Of a DNA stretch of 64,000 nucleotides, positions 32,786-55,114 are shown piece after piece. This stretch comes from the human T2T-CHM13v2.0 reference genome, Homo sapiens. Location of the stretch: NCBI RefSeq assembly GCF_009914755.1, contig NC_060934.1, one strand, 5' to 3'. The notes beneath the pieces were generated by a model. That model saw only the letters and a list, made by a program, of their open reading frames with translations, made no database searches and was not told where the DNA came from. The position numbers and the translations under genes were made by a program. The first letter of the stretch is position 1; every line of letters starts with the position of its first letter.

Positions 32786-34578
32786 AACATTGCTTGGTTC
32801 AATTTGTTAATAATTTCTTAGGAAAATTTTTATCCCTCCTGACTTTCTATGGTTTTTGGTGACAACATTTTCCTGTGTCTTTGAAGGCTGAAGAACATTG
32901 TAATTTTGTTGCCTAGATGTTTCTTGGATTTCTTCCATAAAACTTTTTGAGCCTGGGGTTTATTGTGTAGGGAAAACATAATTGCTAGTGCTAGAATTTA
33001 GGTTTTCTATCATGTCAGATGTCGCTATGTATAGTTAATGTTTTTCTAGAAATGTGTCTATTTTGTACTTTTTTCAATTTATTAACATATATATTTCATA
33101 TCATCTTTATCTAAAAATCTCAGTCTCTTCTGCAGCTATAATTTCGGCAATACCAGTTTTAATATTATTTATTTGGCTTCTTTCTTTAATTTCTATTTTT
33201 CCTGTTCATTTTAATTATAAATTAAATAATCCTTGGCTTTGTTAAGTCTGCATTATTTTGATACTTTATGTTTTTTATTATTTATTTTTATCTTCTTTGT
33301 CCTTATTCTCTTTTCTTTACACACACACACACACAATATTTCAGATAGATGCTTATTTTGTTGATTTTCAGCCTTTCTTCTTTTCAACCATGAGAAGTTA
33401 AGGCTATAAATTGCCCCCTCAATGCTTTTAGAATCACATTTCAAAAATGTTGAAAATTTATATTAGTGGTAATTTAGCTACAATTGTCTTCTAATTATGA
33501 TTTCTTTTTTACCCATAGGTTATTTAAAAGATAGTTTTAATAAATACAAATGTATTTATTTTACATATTTTTATTACTGAATTACTAATTTATGTAGATG
33601 TCAGAGAATGTGGGTATACTAATAGATTCTTTTGTAAAATTTATCGAAACCTTCTTTAATGCCTAGTATATGGCCCATTTTTAAAGTTTCATTTGTTATT
33701 AAAAATAATGTATGTTCTACAACTTAACAGTAGTAGTAGTATCAAACCTATACCTTTGGTATAGGTTTTTATATATGTCCACTGGAAAGTTTAAGTATAT
33801 TTTGATATATTCAGTATCTTATTGAGATAGGATATTGTGTCTGCTAATCTATCAATTGTCGACAATAATGTGTTTAAATCTTCTACAGTGATGTTTGTTA
33901 AATTATTTTTGTACGTCTGCGATTTTTTAATTTATATTTTAAACTATGTAGCTAGGTACATGCATATTTAGAATTGCTACATCTTCTTAGTAAATTGAAC
34001 CTTTATAATTACTGTATAGTGGCCTTCTTTATAGCTAGTGTATTTTTGCCTTAATGCTTTATGATCTGGTCAGGCACCAGATTTTATCTCCTAACTCCTA
34101 TAGACTCTTTAAAACTCTTAAAATCTTAAAATATAGGATCCAGACCACAGGCAATTTACAGATGCTCCAAAACAAATGTGGATTTTAAAGCTTTCTTACA
34201 TCAATAGACTCATGCTTTCTTATCTTATCTGATTGTTGAATGATTCTATTTCTTTTTCCATGTTATCACCACATTTTAAAAAGAGTTTGTTTTGTTTTGT
34301 TTTGTTTTTGTTATCCGTGTTTTTAGGGAGTAGTTTTCTGAAATTCCAGTCAGCTAAAATCCTGAAATAGGAAACCAACTGTTATTCTTACAACTTCCAC
34401 TATGCAACCTCTCTCTCGCTAGAAAAATAGTATTTGCAAATATCAAAATATAATCCCCTTTCCTGTTAGGTGAGCTGCATGCAATTAAACTAAACATAAT
34501 TTATATTTTAAAAATTATTTTTTGCCATTATTTTCTTGAGCCAGTGAGTTCTCTTATTTTTGCCCCTGTGCCTTAGTG

Positions 34579-34581
34579 TAT

Positions 34582-34613
<32 letters not shown>
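34579..34613 (+). repeat. (TG)n microsatellite
   Basis: tgtgtctgtgtgtgtgtgtg... run. Confidence 0.9.
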
Positions 34614-34977
34614 CACATGTGCATGCACACACATATACAATGTTTGTTGTATTTTTTTCTGGTTAACTGAGACTAAACTTGAAATTTAAAGCTGGCCTTC
34701 CATGAAAATTATTTAATGATGCAATGCAAAGACAAATTGCTTTCTACATCAATTTTCTATGCAAGTACCTATAAATGTTAGATAACTAAATTATCCCAGA
34801 GTTTTCTTCAGGAAATATCAGCCTTATATTCAAGTATATGATTTTCTATAAAGTATTGCTATTATAATCTTTTAATGCTAGGTGAATCCACATCAAGCAT
34901 TCAATATTTGTTGGATGATACAATTAAATTTCTCTCTGCTTAGGTTGAGTTTACATTGTCTTTAAAAATGTCTTTTA

Positions 34978-35292
<315 letters not shown>

Positions 35293-36579
35293 TCACAAAC
35301 ATGGTAAACATAAAAATTATCTCAGTGTAAAGGAAAAAGTAATATATACTCACAAATATAAACAGACAGTGGGAGTGGGGACAAATTTGCATTCATATTG
35401 AATCAAGACATTTATATCGCCTCTATGCAAAAACAAGATGAACTAAACTAAATTAAAGGGATGTTAATCTAGAAATTAAATGTATCATGTCAGCTAGTTT
35501 TAATATATGGATGCTTTGGGCATTGTAAGATTAAACTTTCTGAATCATAACAGAATGAAGCTCATTAAAATAAAATAAACTTACCCAAATGGAAGATGAC
35601 CTAAAAGAATAATTTTTGGGCAAAATATTATAAAAATAGCTACACAGATATTAGAAAATATAACAAGCAAAATTTGATTTTTACTTTGGTGTACAATGTC
35701 CCAACATTCTGAATAATACATACCCTTTTCTCTTGAAAAATATGTATATACTGAATGACTTTAAAACAAATCTAGAAATTAAATGTATCATATTTTCCGT
35801 ACTGTTTTTGTTTCAATCAGATTTTTTAAAAGAACTTTCATCTCTAAATTTAGGAATCTCTTTTTACAATTTTTTCATTTACAGCTACCTCAAAAAATAG
35901 TATGTATTCCTAAAATAATATAGTATAAATTTATTTTGAACATCAAAAAGAATCTGAGCTCACCTATAGCCCACAAATGGAAATGAGAAACTCATGTGTT
36001 TTCATATTTATAAACACATATTACATCTTATACAACACATTATGAAAAAGAAAATAAATAAAAGCATGCTAATATAATTTGAATGAACAAGAAATGCTGG
36101 AAATATTTGAATTCTACCTTTCAACCACATTAATTAGAGCTTCCACTAAATCATTTCCAGACTCATATAACTGTAATAATTTCACACCTATAATTATCTC
36201 TCCATGTTCCCTGCTATGTTTATTTTACTTAAATTAGACATATTTCAGTATGTTCTGAAGATTTTGCCTTATATTCAACATTACATATTTGTTTAAACTC
36301 CTCCCTTCATGAATGTACTCTCCTCTGATTCTATAGGACCACCCCTCATCTATTTTTATGCACTAGCTCCATTATGAAACCTTTCAAAATCATAAAAAGT
36401 AGAAAATTTTATTCATAGTTCACAGTTGAAGAAAAGGCAGCTCATAACCTTGAAGCCTATATCCTACTGTGATACTCTTTGTAAATGATAGTATGAGAAT
36501 TAAGCCTTTATTTAAAACTTTTTCATGTCAATGTCAGTTCTGTCTCCAAAACTTAAATGGCATTATTAATGAATGTGTT

Positions 36580-36835
36580 ACAGGCATTACAATGCAGTGA
36601 TTAAGAATACAGCCGCTAATACCAGCTTCCTTGAGTTTGAAACCTAGCTCATGGCTCCCTCCTCCTTTGTTTTGGGAAAATTACTTACACTTTATGTCTC
36701 AGCTTCCTTATTGGTAAAAAATGTATAATATGCAAGTCTACCTTATAGAATTGGTGGAAGCATTAAATAATGCAGTTGTGAAACATACAAAAGAGTATCT
36801 AGTGGATGGTAAGTGTAAAAGTAGTATTAACTATT
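36580..36835 (+). mobile_element. MIR
   Basis: gcagtgattaagaatacag...gagtttgaaacctagctc...gtctcagcttcctt core. Confidence 0.7.
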
Positions 36836-36859
36836 AGTATCTACTATATGGGGTTGTGG

Positions 36860-42790
<5,931 letters not shown>

Positions 42791-43099
42791 TTATTGTTCT
42801 TTCTTCTATTACTATTAATACTACTATTTTGGTATTTCTCCATCATTTACTGTTGTGGGAAAATGTGAGAAATATGACTGTATATATTTTATTTTATTCA
42901 CCCAAACTAGAATATTTGTCTCTTTTATACCTCTCCAAAGACCCCACTTCTAGTTTTAAAAATTAGTTTATATACTATTTTGTATACATGTTTGTTTCTA
43001 TCTGCTTATTTAGTTTACATGTTTCCTTTTATTCTTTACCATCTAAGTACTCAATTCAAATAAGATACAGAGATAAGGTCAGTTTCTGATAGCCAAAGA

Positions 43100-43360
43100 A
43101 TAGCAATAGGTTTGGCACAAGAATTGCGCAGGTTCCTCATGAATTTGACTCTAAGAAATTGTGAAATCTCGGGGAAGACACACGAAGGCCTCTGCATCCC
43201 AGTTTTCCCTTATCTCACTTTTCTCTTCTCTTTTCTTTTATCATATGTATGCTATGTGAGAATTACAATAATTAAAATATGTAACATATGAGAATTAAAA
43301 TATATAATAAGGATAGAGCTTACTACAACACCTAGCACATCCTAAGTGCTCAATAATAAT
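43100..43360 (+). mobile_element. MIR fragments
   Basis: cagttttccctt core and cctagcacatcctaagtgctcaataa end. Confidence 0.55.
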
Positions 43361-43954
43361 CCTTATTACTTTGTAATGCTCCTGTGAGTCTGAAAAATAA
43401 TGTATTTAAGGCTCCTAGTAGATACTCTTTTAACAGGAACTACTAATCTTGTTATTGATATTAATATAGCTTGGCTATATTAATCCAGGTGGATCAACAT
43501 CCTCTGTATAAATGAAACCACCTATTTACAAGGTATTCCACAATAATTCAATGTTGCATCTTCAGCAAGAACAAGCCATAGGTCTGAAAATGTAAGTGCA
43601 AGGCATTGAGTATGCATTTGTGTATGTGGTCTGATTATTGCTCTGAAGATAAACAACTACTGAGACCATATATTCTGAATCCTCTTACAGGAATACAGTA
43701 TATGATTGAATTTTTTTTCTATCTACAGCTTGCAATGACTAAAAAAATGTTGGTTTGTTCCCACAATAAATTCCCTCCAAGACCACAAATGAGAAATACC
43801 ACTTTACATGTGCATACCTTAATGATGACCTCTTCTTGAAAACAAAACAAGCATGCTTTAGACAGAATTAGCTTCTCACTGTAGAGATGACTGGCTTAAA
43901 TGAGAATTCTGTCTTTGCTCTAATAAGTTTATTTGACATCTTGGTTTGTCTTAT

Positions 43955-43985
<31 letters not shown>

Positions 43986-45946
43986 GAAAAGAAAAGGTGG
44001 TTTGCTCCCTTTCCCCATGGTGTTAAATTAATTCCATGAGCAGTTTTGTTACTCTACACAATAATACAGTGTGTCCCCTTATTTATGTCATAATGTGTCA
44101 TAATGTCTATTGGGAAAAGAGATCAATTTATGTAACTCAATTTGTTGTCTTTAAAGGAGTTTATCATTGTATTTGAGCTGGACATTGGTTGCCTTGAGCT
44201 TTTAGAATTTAGGCTGATTCATCATGTGAACCTGTTGTAGAAATGACCTTCTCTAGGCTTCTGCTTTAGTTTTTACATGAATGGTCCTAATGTCCGCCTA
44301 TAGAAGATTTTGTGCACATGATGACCTTAGGGTTAATCTACATCGGGAAACACTTAAATTACCATAATAATGTTCTCTCGAAATTCTTAAGTATGATTAA
44401 TGTTGGTTATGTATCGGCCTAGATAGAGATTTCTAAAAGTGAGTGTTCCTGAGTGCTTTGGATGATACTTTGTAAGCATATAGACATGAAACTATTTAAA
44501 ATCATTGCATAATGTTGCAATATATCAAATTATTTTCCTCTTGACGTATATTTAGATTGTTTTTTGTCACTCATTAAAAGAATGCTACAAGGAGTTTTTT
44601 TTATGTACAACACTTTGTGACCATATAAAGGCAGTTGCCTAGATTTGGAATTTGTATATAAAAAATATAGATACACACTTTTGTTAAAAGCTTAAAATTT
44701 GCCCTTTCAAAAGAATGTACATATTTAATTTTTCAATAATCATGTATAAAGGTGTCAGCTGTATTTTCATAAGTTTAAATGAAAATAACTGCTTGCGTTA
44801 TAGATTTTTCTTTTTTATGTTATAAAATAAAACTTGCTCTAATTTATGGGTAGAAAGAATATGCCTTACAAATTTAATTAAAAGTTTTAAATGTTAGGAT
44901 ATAATGAAAATCACCCCATTCTTTTTTATTTCCGAAACAAGAAAGGGATGTTAAGTTTTTCAAAATTGATTCACATGAGCTAACATTAAAACCATTGGAT
45001 GGGTTGTGTTTGTGTCCTTGCCAGTTAGTAACTTTATTATAAAATCTCTAAATCTATTACCTTCTGTAAAATGATTTTGAATAAGCATCTGTGTAAAAAT
45101 TGTTTTCTTTTTCACTGGATTAGAAACTCTGTTAATGTGAACACAGTAAATGAACTTAAAGAAATAGTCAAGAGTAAGAAAATATGAGAAAATAACTTTT
45201 AAAAATAAGTTGGCAAGTCAAGTTCTATGGAAAAATTAAAAGACGCTTAAACATCTTAAGTAAAATTTCAACATGCCTGTTACGACACATCCCCAGGAAG
45301 TTTATTTTCATAATATTTGATGTGATTTTAAGGTCATCATTTAAGAGAAAATAAAAAAGGTCATGAAAGGGATTTTCCACATGAGGGCTTCCAATTGAAA
45401 ATATTTACATATAAAATGTTAATTGTAGAAATACAATCCAATAATGAACAAAGTTCAAAAGTGAGTAAACCCTGAAGCAAGACAAGGCAAGATATGTAAT
45501 ATCTATCAATAAAACTAAAACATTTTCAAACAGTTGGTGGGAAAGACTATCTTAGTTAATCAGGGACTTCTGGCTTAAGGAAAGAAAGCAACTTGTCAGA
45601 TTTAATCAAATTCATGGGAATCAATAGAATTGTTTTCTTTTGTTGGTTTTCCCAGATATATGTACCAATCAGCAGTGGTGATAACTTAGATGAAAGGAAT
45701 TGGTGGAAGGAGAAAGGTCTCTTCAAAATAGGATATTATCTCACTTCCTAGGTTTCATAATCTCTAATAAAGCACTCCTAATTTAAATTGAAAAACATCA
45801 CTGTTTATTTCATGCAATAAATTAAATCAAAATATATAACTGGTTTGATATTTGTTTCCAAGTATTTGTCAGTCTTTAGTCAACAATTCATTAAAATGAA
45901 AAAAACCTTAATTCTGATTTACAAAATGAAAACTATCAATGGTAAT

Positions 45947-46429
<483 letters not shown>

Positions 46430-49400
46430 TAGTATGTAAGGATTGTATAATTCTATTGGATCTTGAAAGGTTGGTAAGAAATCACTGAAATGAGTAAGAA
46501 TGGAATTCAGTAACTCAATATTGATATCAAGAAATTAGAAGAGAAAACAATACATTGTGCATAATGAAGCCAACGATAAGTTAATTATTCCTTTTATGAA
46601 AGGTCTCTCATGGCATACAAAGTCATGTGATACACAGTAGCACACCTCATCTCTTACATATGAAATTAACTAGGAAAGTGTGTTTTTCAAAATGGGCATG
46701 AAGACATTAGTTTCACAACATACTTATATATAATACCTAGATATACATACATGTAACATATACAAGTATACATAGCACATGCTTCATATATATGTACATA
46801 TATGAAATCTCACTCTCAGTCTCTCTCTCTTGATATACAGACAGAAAGACAGAGAGGTAGAGTTTCATGTATAGAGAGCTATATATTATAACTCTTTATA
46901 TATAACACGGAATGATTGAAACCAAATCATTTCAGGTCCAAAAACATACAAGTAAGGGCCCCTTTTGTCAGTTTAGTTAGGTCAATATTATACCCACCTC
47001 TCTATTTGAACTTGTCTACATGAACTGTCTCTATGAATTTCAGTAAAGTGGTAACATGAACTCTAATGTTTGTTGGACTTAACCTTTTAGGAGCAATACG
47101 GAACACTATTAAATGTTTATTTACTCATGTATAGGAGATAAAAGATAGTGAATTCTTAGCAGGCTTCAAACTAACTTTTGAGCTTGAAGGTACTTATCAA
47201 AACTTATAAATGATAAAGGAAATAAAAAAAGTGCTATCAAGGTGGATTTTTAAAACAATTTACATTTTGCTTATCATTTTGATCTTCCTCTTATGATCTA
47301 TACATTTGAAAAATAAATACGTCTATATTATTGCCCAGGTTTTGAAATAAGCCCAGTTACTAATAATGCCACAAGCTAAGACTGAGTCTACTGTTACCAT
47401 AAAGCCACAGATTAGCAATCCAAGGGCCTGGGGAACTTCCGCTTTTTTAGCGCTTTTCCTCTGGTGGGTTTGTTCTTGCATTTGAACAAAGCTATGGGTT
47501 TACATGAGTAATTGCCTAAGTATCTGGACTTGCCGGGTATCACTGACAACAGGCCCAAATTATAATTAACTCAAAGTACCGTGTTAACTTTTTCAGCCAA
47601 AAATACATAGACCATAAGATATTAGGCTTTCTGGAAGAGTCTAAGTTATTGGCTCTGGCAGCAAAAGAGTAACATATTAACTGAAGAGTAAAGACAAAGC
47701 TTCAGACAAAGGTTCTCTATAAATAATTGTGTCAAGATGTCATTACATCAGTGGAATGTAGCTCAATTAACAATATCTTTTAAAGGACATCACCTTGCCC
47801 TACCAAGAGAAGGTAGCTGTTAAATTGTGGCTCCAGCTTGAGGTTTGATAATGTGGCAGCTATAGGATCCATTTCCTGTTCTAGTTGTGTATATTGTGGT
47901 AATAAGAAAAGCAACAGAGCCCCACCATAACCAAATACTTTTAAAAATACAACCTTACCCTAAGAAATTAAGTAAAAACAAATCTTATTCCTCTGGTCAG
48001 TGTTGAAGAAAAAAACAAACATTCGACTTCGACTGGTTGCCTCACAGGGGGAGAAAAATAATAGTGCATAAAAGCAAAGCAAAACAAACAAAAAACCTTA
48101 GTGAGCCTAGCTGACTTGTTCTCAAGAACACAGAGGAACATGGAGGAGAGGCAAGGCTGTTGCCTAGTTCTAAATTAATTAATTATAAAGAATTACCCCC
48201 AATTAAACACTAACTCACTGCACTTTTTTTGTAGATTCCTTGTTTTTCCCCCCCCACATCATACTGAATCCACCAAAATTATCATCAAAATTTTAAAGCT
48301 TGATAAATTATTTTGTCTATCCACTTCAAATGATTATACATCAGACAAGATCCCTAACGACATATCAGAATGAATTACATATCTGGATATGAAAGAACTA
48401 GGATGTCTAATTTAAGGCAAAGGTGGAGTTTGCAATATTTTAGTGAGAGGATTGAGAAGTATGGCTAAATAGGAATTAAAGTCAGCATAATCCTTACATT
48501 AACGGAATTTTATTAAAATTGTACCATGTTATGAGTAGCAGAAAGTATTTGGAAAGCTGTTTCCATGTTTACCTTTAGTGTAGTAGATAAAGGCTATCTC
48601 AAATAAAATGTTCAGTCTAAAATGACGGCACATTTTTTCTTACAATGATTAATTTTAGAAAAATCTATAATCCAATTTACTGCTTGAATTTACATGGTTG
48701 CATATAAATGATGTGACTCCTGGTGTGAATTAGGTGGCAAATTAGAAAAGGGCTTTTTATTTTTATTGTTTTTTAGTGAGAAAGCAGGTATCAATATAAC
48801 TCAGAGAAATATTCCCTACATCTTAGAGTGAGATTAATAAATATGTCTTTGTTATCAATAAAATGGGAATATAATTCTATCTCTTTGTATTGTTATAAAG
48901 ATTAAGTTGAAAAAATTATGGGAAGTCCATAGTATAAAACTGAGTACCCTCAAAAAATTACTCTACAAATTATTGTTTATTTCTATATTATTTTATCATG
49001 TATCAATACATATTACATTTTCAAAAATATAAAAATACCTCATTCTTGGAAAAAAATGAACATTTAAGAGAGACAATATGTCACTTTCTCTTCAGCAATG
49101 TCAAGAGAAAGGAAATTTTAAACAGAAAACTGCAGATGTCTATTCCTGTAACACAAGTGGATGCATTGATCTAGCAAAATGAGATGAACCCAAACCATTA
49201 TAAGCAATAAACTCACTTCATTCACTTGGATTCTAATCACATCTTTAGAATTGAAATTTGGCTTCCAACTTCCATGTTCCTACAAGGAGAAAATGTACCA
49301 CCTAATATTCAAACATTCCAACACCTTTCCTTTGTCAATTATATTTCTTTTATTATAAATCAACAAATTTGCATGTTGTCACATAGTTGTCTTGCATGGG

Positions 49401-49922
49401 TTTGGTTACTGTGATCCCTTCTCCTGACTCCAATCACATCCAGCTATGGAGACAAATATAAATTTCTTGATCTGTGAATCAACCTCTGGTCCTTGATTTC
49501 CCCAGACAAGTATTTCTACCCACTGAGGCCTGACCTTAACAGCCAGCCAGTCTCTTTAGACAGCAATTATAGCCAGTCTGTTTCTAACTATTGCACTGTA
49601 TTTATAGGTTGAAACTTTTTAAGTAGAAACTAGATATCAACAGGGCTGCCTAGGGTATTTCTGAATGATGAAGACAATGAGGATGATGATGATGTCAACA
49701 ATGGGAGAGAAAATTGTCTGGAAAGAGCATGCTGTTACTTTCTGGAATTATGAAAATATTTTATTCCTTGTTTGGGGTGGTATTTACCTAGCTGTTTGCA
49801 ATTGTGAAAACTCATGAAATTAAAAACTTAATTTCTCGTGTTTTCTTTTATGCAGATTATATCTCAATATGTTCAGGCAGTAGAAATAACTATGAGATTT
49901 CTTCTTCTTAAATAAAATGGAA

Positions 49923-50231
<309 letters not shown>

Positions 50232-50299
50232 TAAAATGGATTGTGAAGATTTGAATATGGACTATTCAATTTGTGGTATAATTTTTTGTCATATTTGAA

Positions 50300-51545
50300 G
50301 AATTTTCTTCACAGAGAAGCTTTAGGTTTACAAAAATAATGGGAGGAAGGTATAGATATTTTCCATATACTCCTGTCCCCACCCATGCATAACTTTTATT
50401 ATCAGCATCCCCCACCAACGTGGTACACTTGTTACAGTTGATGAACCTTCATTTACACATCACTATCACTCAAATACTAGTTTATATTAGGGTTTATTCT
50501 TTGTGTTTTACACTCTGTGGCTTTGACTAAATGTATAATGAGATGTTTCTATCATTATAGTATCATACAGACTTATTTTCACTGACCAAAAAATCCTCTG
50601 TTCTCTGCCGATTCATTTTTCCCTGACCACAACCCCCTGACAATCACTGGTGTTTTCACTTTCTCTATAGTTCTGCCTTTCACAGAATGTCAAATAGGTG
50701 AAATCATAGAGTATACAGCCTTGTCATATTGCCTTTTTCCATTTGGTATTTTGAATTTACAGTTTGTTCATGTCTTTTCAAGGCTTGATAGTACACTTAC
50801 TTTTAGCACTGAATAATAGTCCATTGTCTGAAGGTACCACAGTTTATTTATCCATTCACTTACTGTAGACCCTCTTGGTTGTTCCCTCCCAAGTTTTGAA
50901 AATTGTGAATAAAGATGCTGTAAACATCTATGTGCAGATGGATGTTTTCAGCTTCTTTGGGTAAATACCAAGGAGAATGACCGCTGGATTTTATAGTAAA
51001 AGCATCTTTAGTTTTGTAAGAAACTTTCAGATTGTCTTCCAAAGGCACTGTGTCATTTTGCAGTCCCCAGCAATGGATGGGACTTCTTCTTGCTCCACAT
51101 GTTCAACAGCATTTGGTGTCATCAGGGTTTAGAATTTTGGTCATTCTAATAGGTGTGTAGTGTTATCTCATTATTATTTAAATTTATATCCCCTTGATAA
51201 CATCTGATGTGGGACATCTTTTCATGTGCTTATTTGCTCTCTGTATATCTTCTTTGGTTAGGTGACTGTTACGGTTTTTGGCCCATTTTTAAAATGAGTG
51301 GTTTGTTTTCTTATTGTTAACTTTTAACAGATCTTTGTATATTTTGCATAGCAGTCCTTAATCAGATGTGTCTTTTGTGAGTATTTTCTCCCAGTTTGTA
51401 GCTTGTCTTCTCATTCATTTGACATTGTCTTTCTCAGGGAAGAAGTTTTTAATTTCAATGAAGGTCAGATTATCAATCTTTAAATGAATCCTACTTTTGA
51501 TGTTGTATCTAAAAAGTCATTGCCATACTCAAGGTCACCTAAGTA
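50300..51545 (-). mobile_element. L1MC/MD-like 3' end
   Basis: Antisense old-L1 3'UTR (gttacagttgatgaacc...) continuing into ORF2 C-terminal sequence. Confidence 0.8.
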
Positions 51546-52269
51546 TAATTGTTTTTAATAGAAATCATATTTTTGAAAAAGAAATATAGTTAAATTATAT
51601 CATTTCACATTTTTTATCAATGCTTTTAGCTCTTCCAAACCATTATGAAATAGTTGTATTTTTATTGTGTTATAAAATCAAATCATAATTAAGCTTTTCA
51701 AATGCAAAGCTAAAAAATGAAATAGCATAACCTTTTGAATCGAATTGAATAGTTCAAGATCTCTATGCTCTATGTTCAAGCATTATGTTAAAACTGCTGT
51801 CTTACTATCTACAGAATTTTCTAATTAGCCTAAAGAGATTTTTATACTTTACCTATAAATATATTTTGAGAGGGAGTGATAATAAAATCAAAATAGGTCA
51901 AGATATCCAAGTAACTTTATTGAGATGTCAAGTGGCATCCAGCAGAAGGTGAAGAAGTCACAGAGTTACATCATAGAAGGCCTTCCTGCTGTGCTATTTC
52001 CTTCAACAGAAAATGAAGCTTTCATCCTCTAAGGCTTCCAGCATCTGCTGAAACTACTTTGAGTAATTCAATCTTGTAAAAATTATTTCTGCTACGTATA
52101 CTTATCTAACACATAAGTATACTTATAAAAAAATAAAACCTTGGGCCCACTTGAGAAACTAAATTATATTTAGTAAGGAGATCAATTTTGCACACCTTGG
52201 CTTATTGTGCTCTATTTAAAAACATATTTTCAAAACTTAGCTCTTTTTTTTCCCTGTCATACACTTGGC

Positions 52270-52550
52270 TTCAGTCATTTTGCTGTAATTAAACATGATA
52301 AGTACTTCCCCATGTTAGTAAGGCCTGTGAATTTCCTTCTGCTTGAAATGGCTCATCTTCCAGATGCCTACATGGCACAAGGCCTCCTTTAGTTCCTGTC
52401 TCTACTCATGCACTGCATCACTTTCTCCAAGAAATCTACTTCACCACTGTCTAAAATAGCCCACCACGCATTCCCTCACATCTTATCCCCTCCCTTTTTG
52501 TACATAATACGTATCACTACCTGATATATTACATCGTCATTTGTTTATTC
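52270..52550 (+). mobile_element. L2 fragment
   Basis: ctcttccagatgcctacatggc...tatcactacctgatat motif pattern. Confidence 0.55.
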
Positions 52551-54159
52551 AAAAAATGGACTTTGTAGACTTTTAAAAAACTGTAAAATATAGTCTTCAA
52601 CAAACAGTATGTTTTGTTTCTATTTTATTGTGGTATAATTTATATTCAGTGAATTGCACTGATCTTACATATTACTGTTCAACAGTTTTGATGAATGGCT
52701 ACACCAGTGAAACCTGCTATACTGAGAGGACAAAGAGCACATATACTTCTCTTCCCCAACCACTATCTACCCCACCCTTTCCATAAAGGAATACAGGTAG
52801 CCTGATTTATTTCACTATTGTTTACCTGTTACAGAACTTCATATAAATGAAATAATACAGTATATCAAGTTTATGCTACATGTATATTATCTAATGGTAC
52901 CTTTTTCTATTTTAAATATATAGAATAGCAAATATGAGAATATTTTTAAACTCATCATCATCATTCTAAATTATAAACTCAATCATCAATAAAAATTAAG
53001 ATCTTAGTAAACCTCACAAACCATTTTGTAAAAAATTTTTGATTGCCATTTTGTAGTCTGTAATATATGATTTATTTTTGAAATGTGGGAAACAGATTCA
53101 AAACCTAGTTTCAATGAATAATCTATAAAAATTGCTCTAATATAATTTTAAATTATTTATTTTGGAACAATCATAATGTTTTCAGGGAACATAGAATTTT
53201 AGCACAATATCCTGATATTTAAAAAATAAAAGAAAAAAAGCAAAACCCAAGAAATTAAAAAACTACATATGCTAATACAGAGTCAATATATATTTGGATA
53301 GTTTGTTATTACTATTGAACTTTTTATAAAATTAAAGTATATATTTGAAAACAGAGAATTTACTAAAAACTATACTGTGAAGAAAATATGTAAAGCAATA
53401 TTCTTGCACAATAGGCCATTCAATTATTGGTGGGTTTTAATCTCATTTTTTATTTGATCATGCTTATTGCTTAATGGTCATAGAAATGTTCCTTTATCAA
53501 TTTTCATGGGAAAGTTTTGCAGCAGAGAAGTTCCCTAGAATCAACATGTCTTGGATGTTTGTAAAATAAGTGATTTCTTTTTCCAAAATGTTAAAATCAT
53601 TAGTACACAAAAGTCATTACTACATTAATTTATTTTAAAGTGTTCCATTTCAGTAAGCAGGTATTAAGGAAGTTGGTATTGGGATAAGATAATTGTGCCA
53701 AAGTAAATTCTTAATGGAGTTCATAAGAGAGGAAATACAGTAACTGTTCTACTCCAAGGTTGGCTTTGGGGGATTTTTCAAACCAACTTAAAAGTCTTGG
53801 ATGTTATATCTGGCTGGAAATTATTTCTACTCCCTGAGAATGAACAACATGCTGGCAACAGTGAAATAAGGAAGCTTGAAAAAGGGAATGAGTTATTCTA
53901 TGAAACAGTCTGTCCTATACATCAAGATTCTTTTAGTTTCTCACTCAAGACTTTAAGATACACAAAAATCTTGCCGCAAGATTTCTCGTAGGTGGTGTGA
54001 CCTCAGTATACGTTGAAGTCAGAGATTACATTGGGTTCTAACAACTCAGGGTTTTTAGATAAGATCTAAAGTTAAAAGCTATAAATCAGACCTCTAGAGG
54101 AGGGCTACATTGGTCCAAATTTTCATGAGGAATAGACTCTCTTTGCCAATACAATTAGG

Positions 54160-54199
54160 GGTGTGTGTGTGTGTGTCTGTGTGTGTGTGTGTTTGTGTG
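54160..54199 (+). repeat. (GT)n microsatellite
   Basis: gtgtgtgt... run. Confidence 0.9.
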
Positions 54200-54289
54200 A
54201 ATGCGTTTATCTCACTGTCTCGGGAGTATGTAATTGTGTGATAGGTGGAAATTCATAAGGAGAATGGATCAACTACAAGTGGTCATGGG

Positions 54290-55114
<825 letters not shown>

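Larger units (their letters stand above)
31480..34060 (-). mobile_element. Fragmented ancient L1M (L1ME/MD-like)
   Basis: T-rich antisense L1 3'UTR/ORF2-like segments (aaagtattccatt, ttttccaaattgg, ctaatctatcaattg) interrupted by AT microsatellites; boundaries approximate. Confidence 0.6.
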
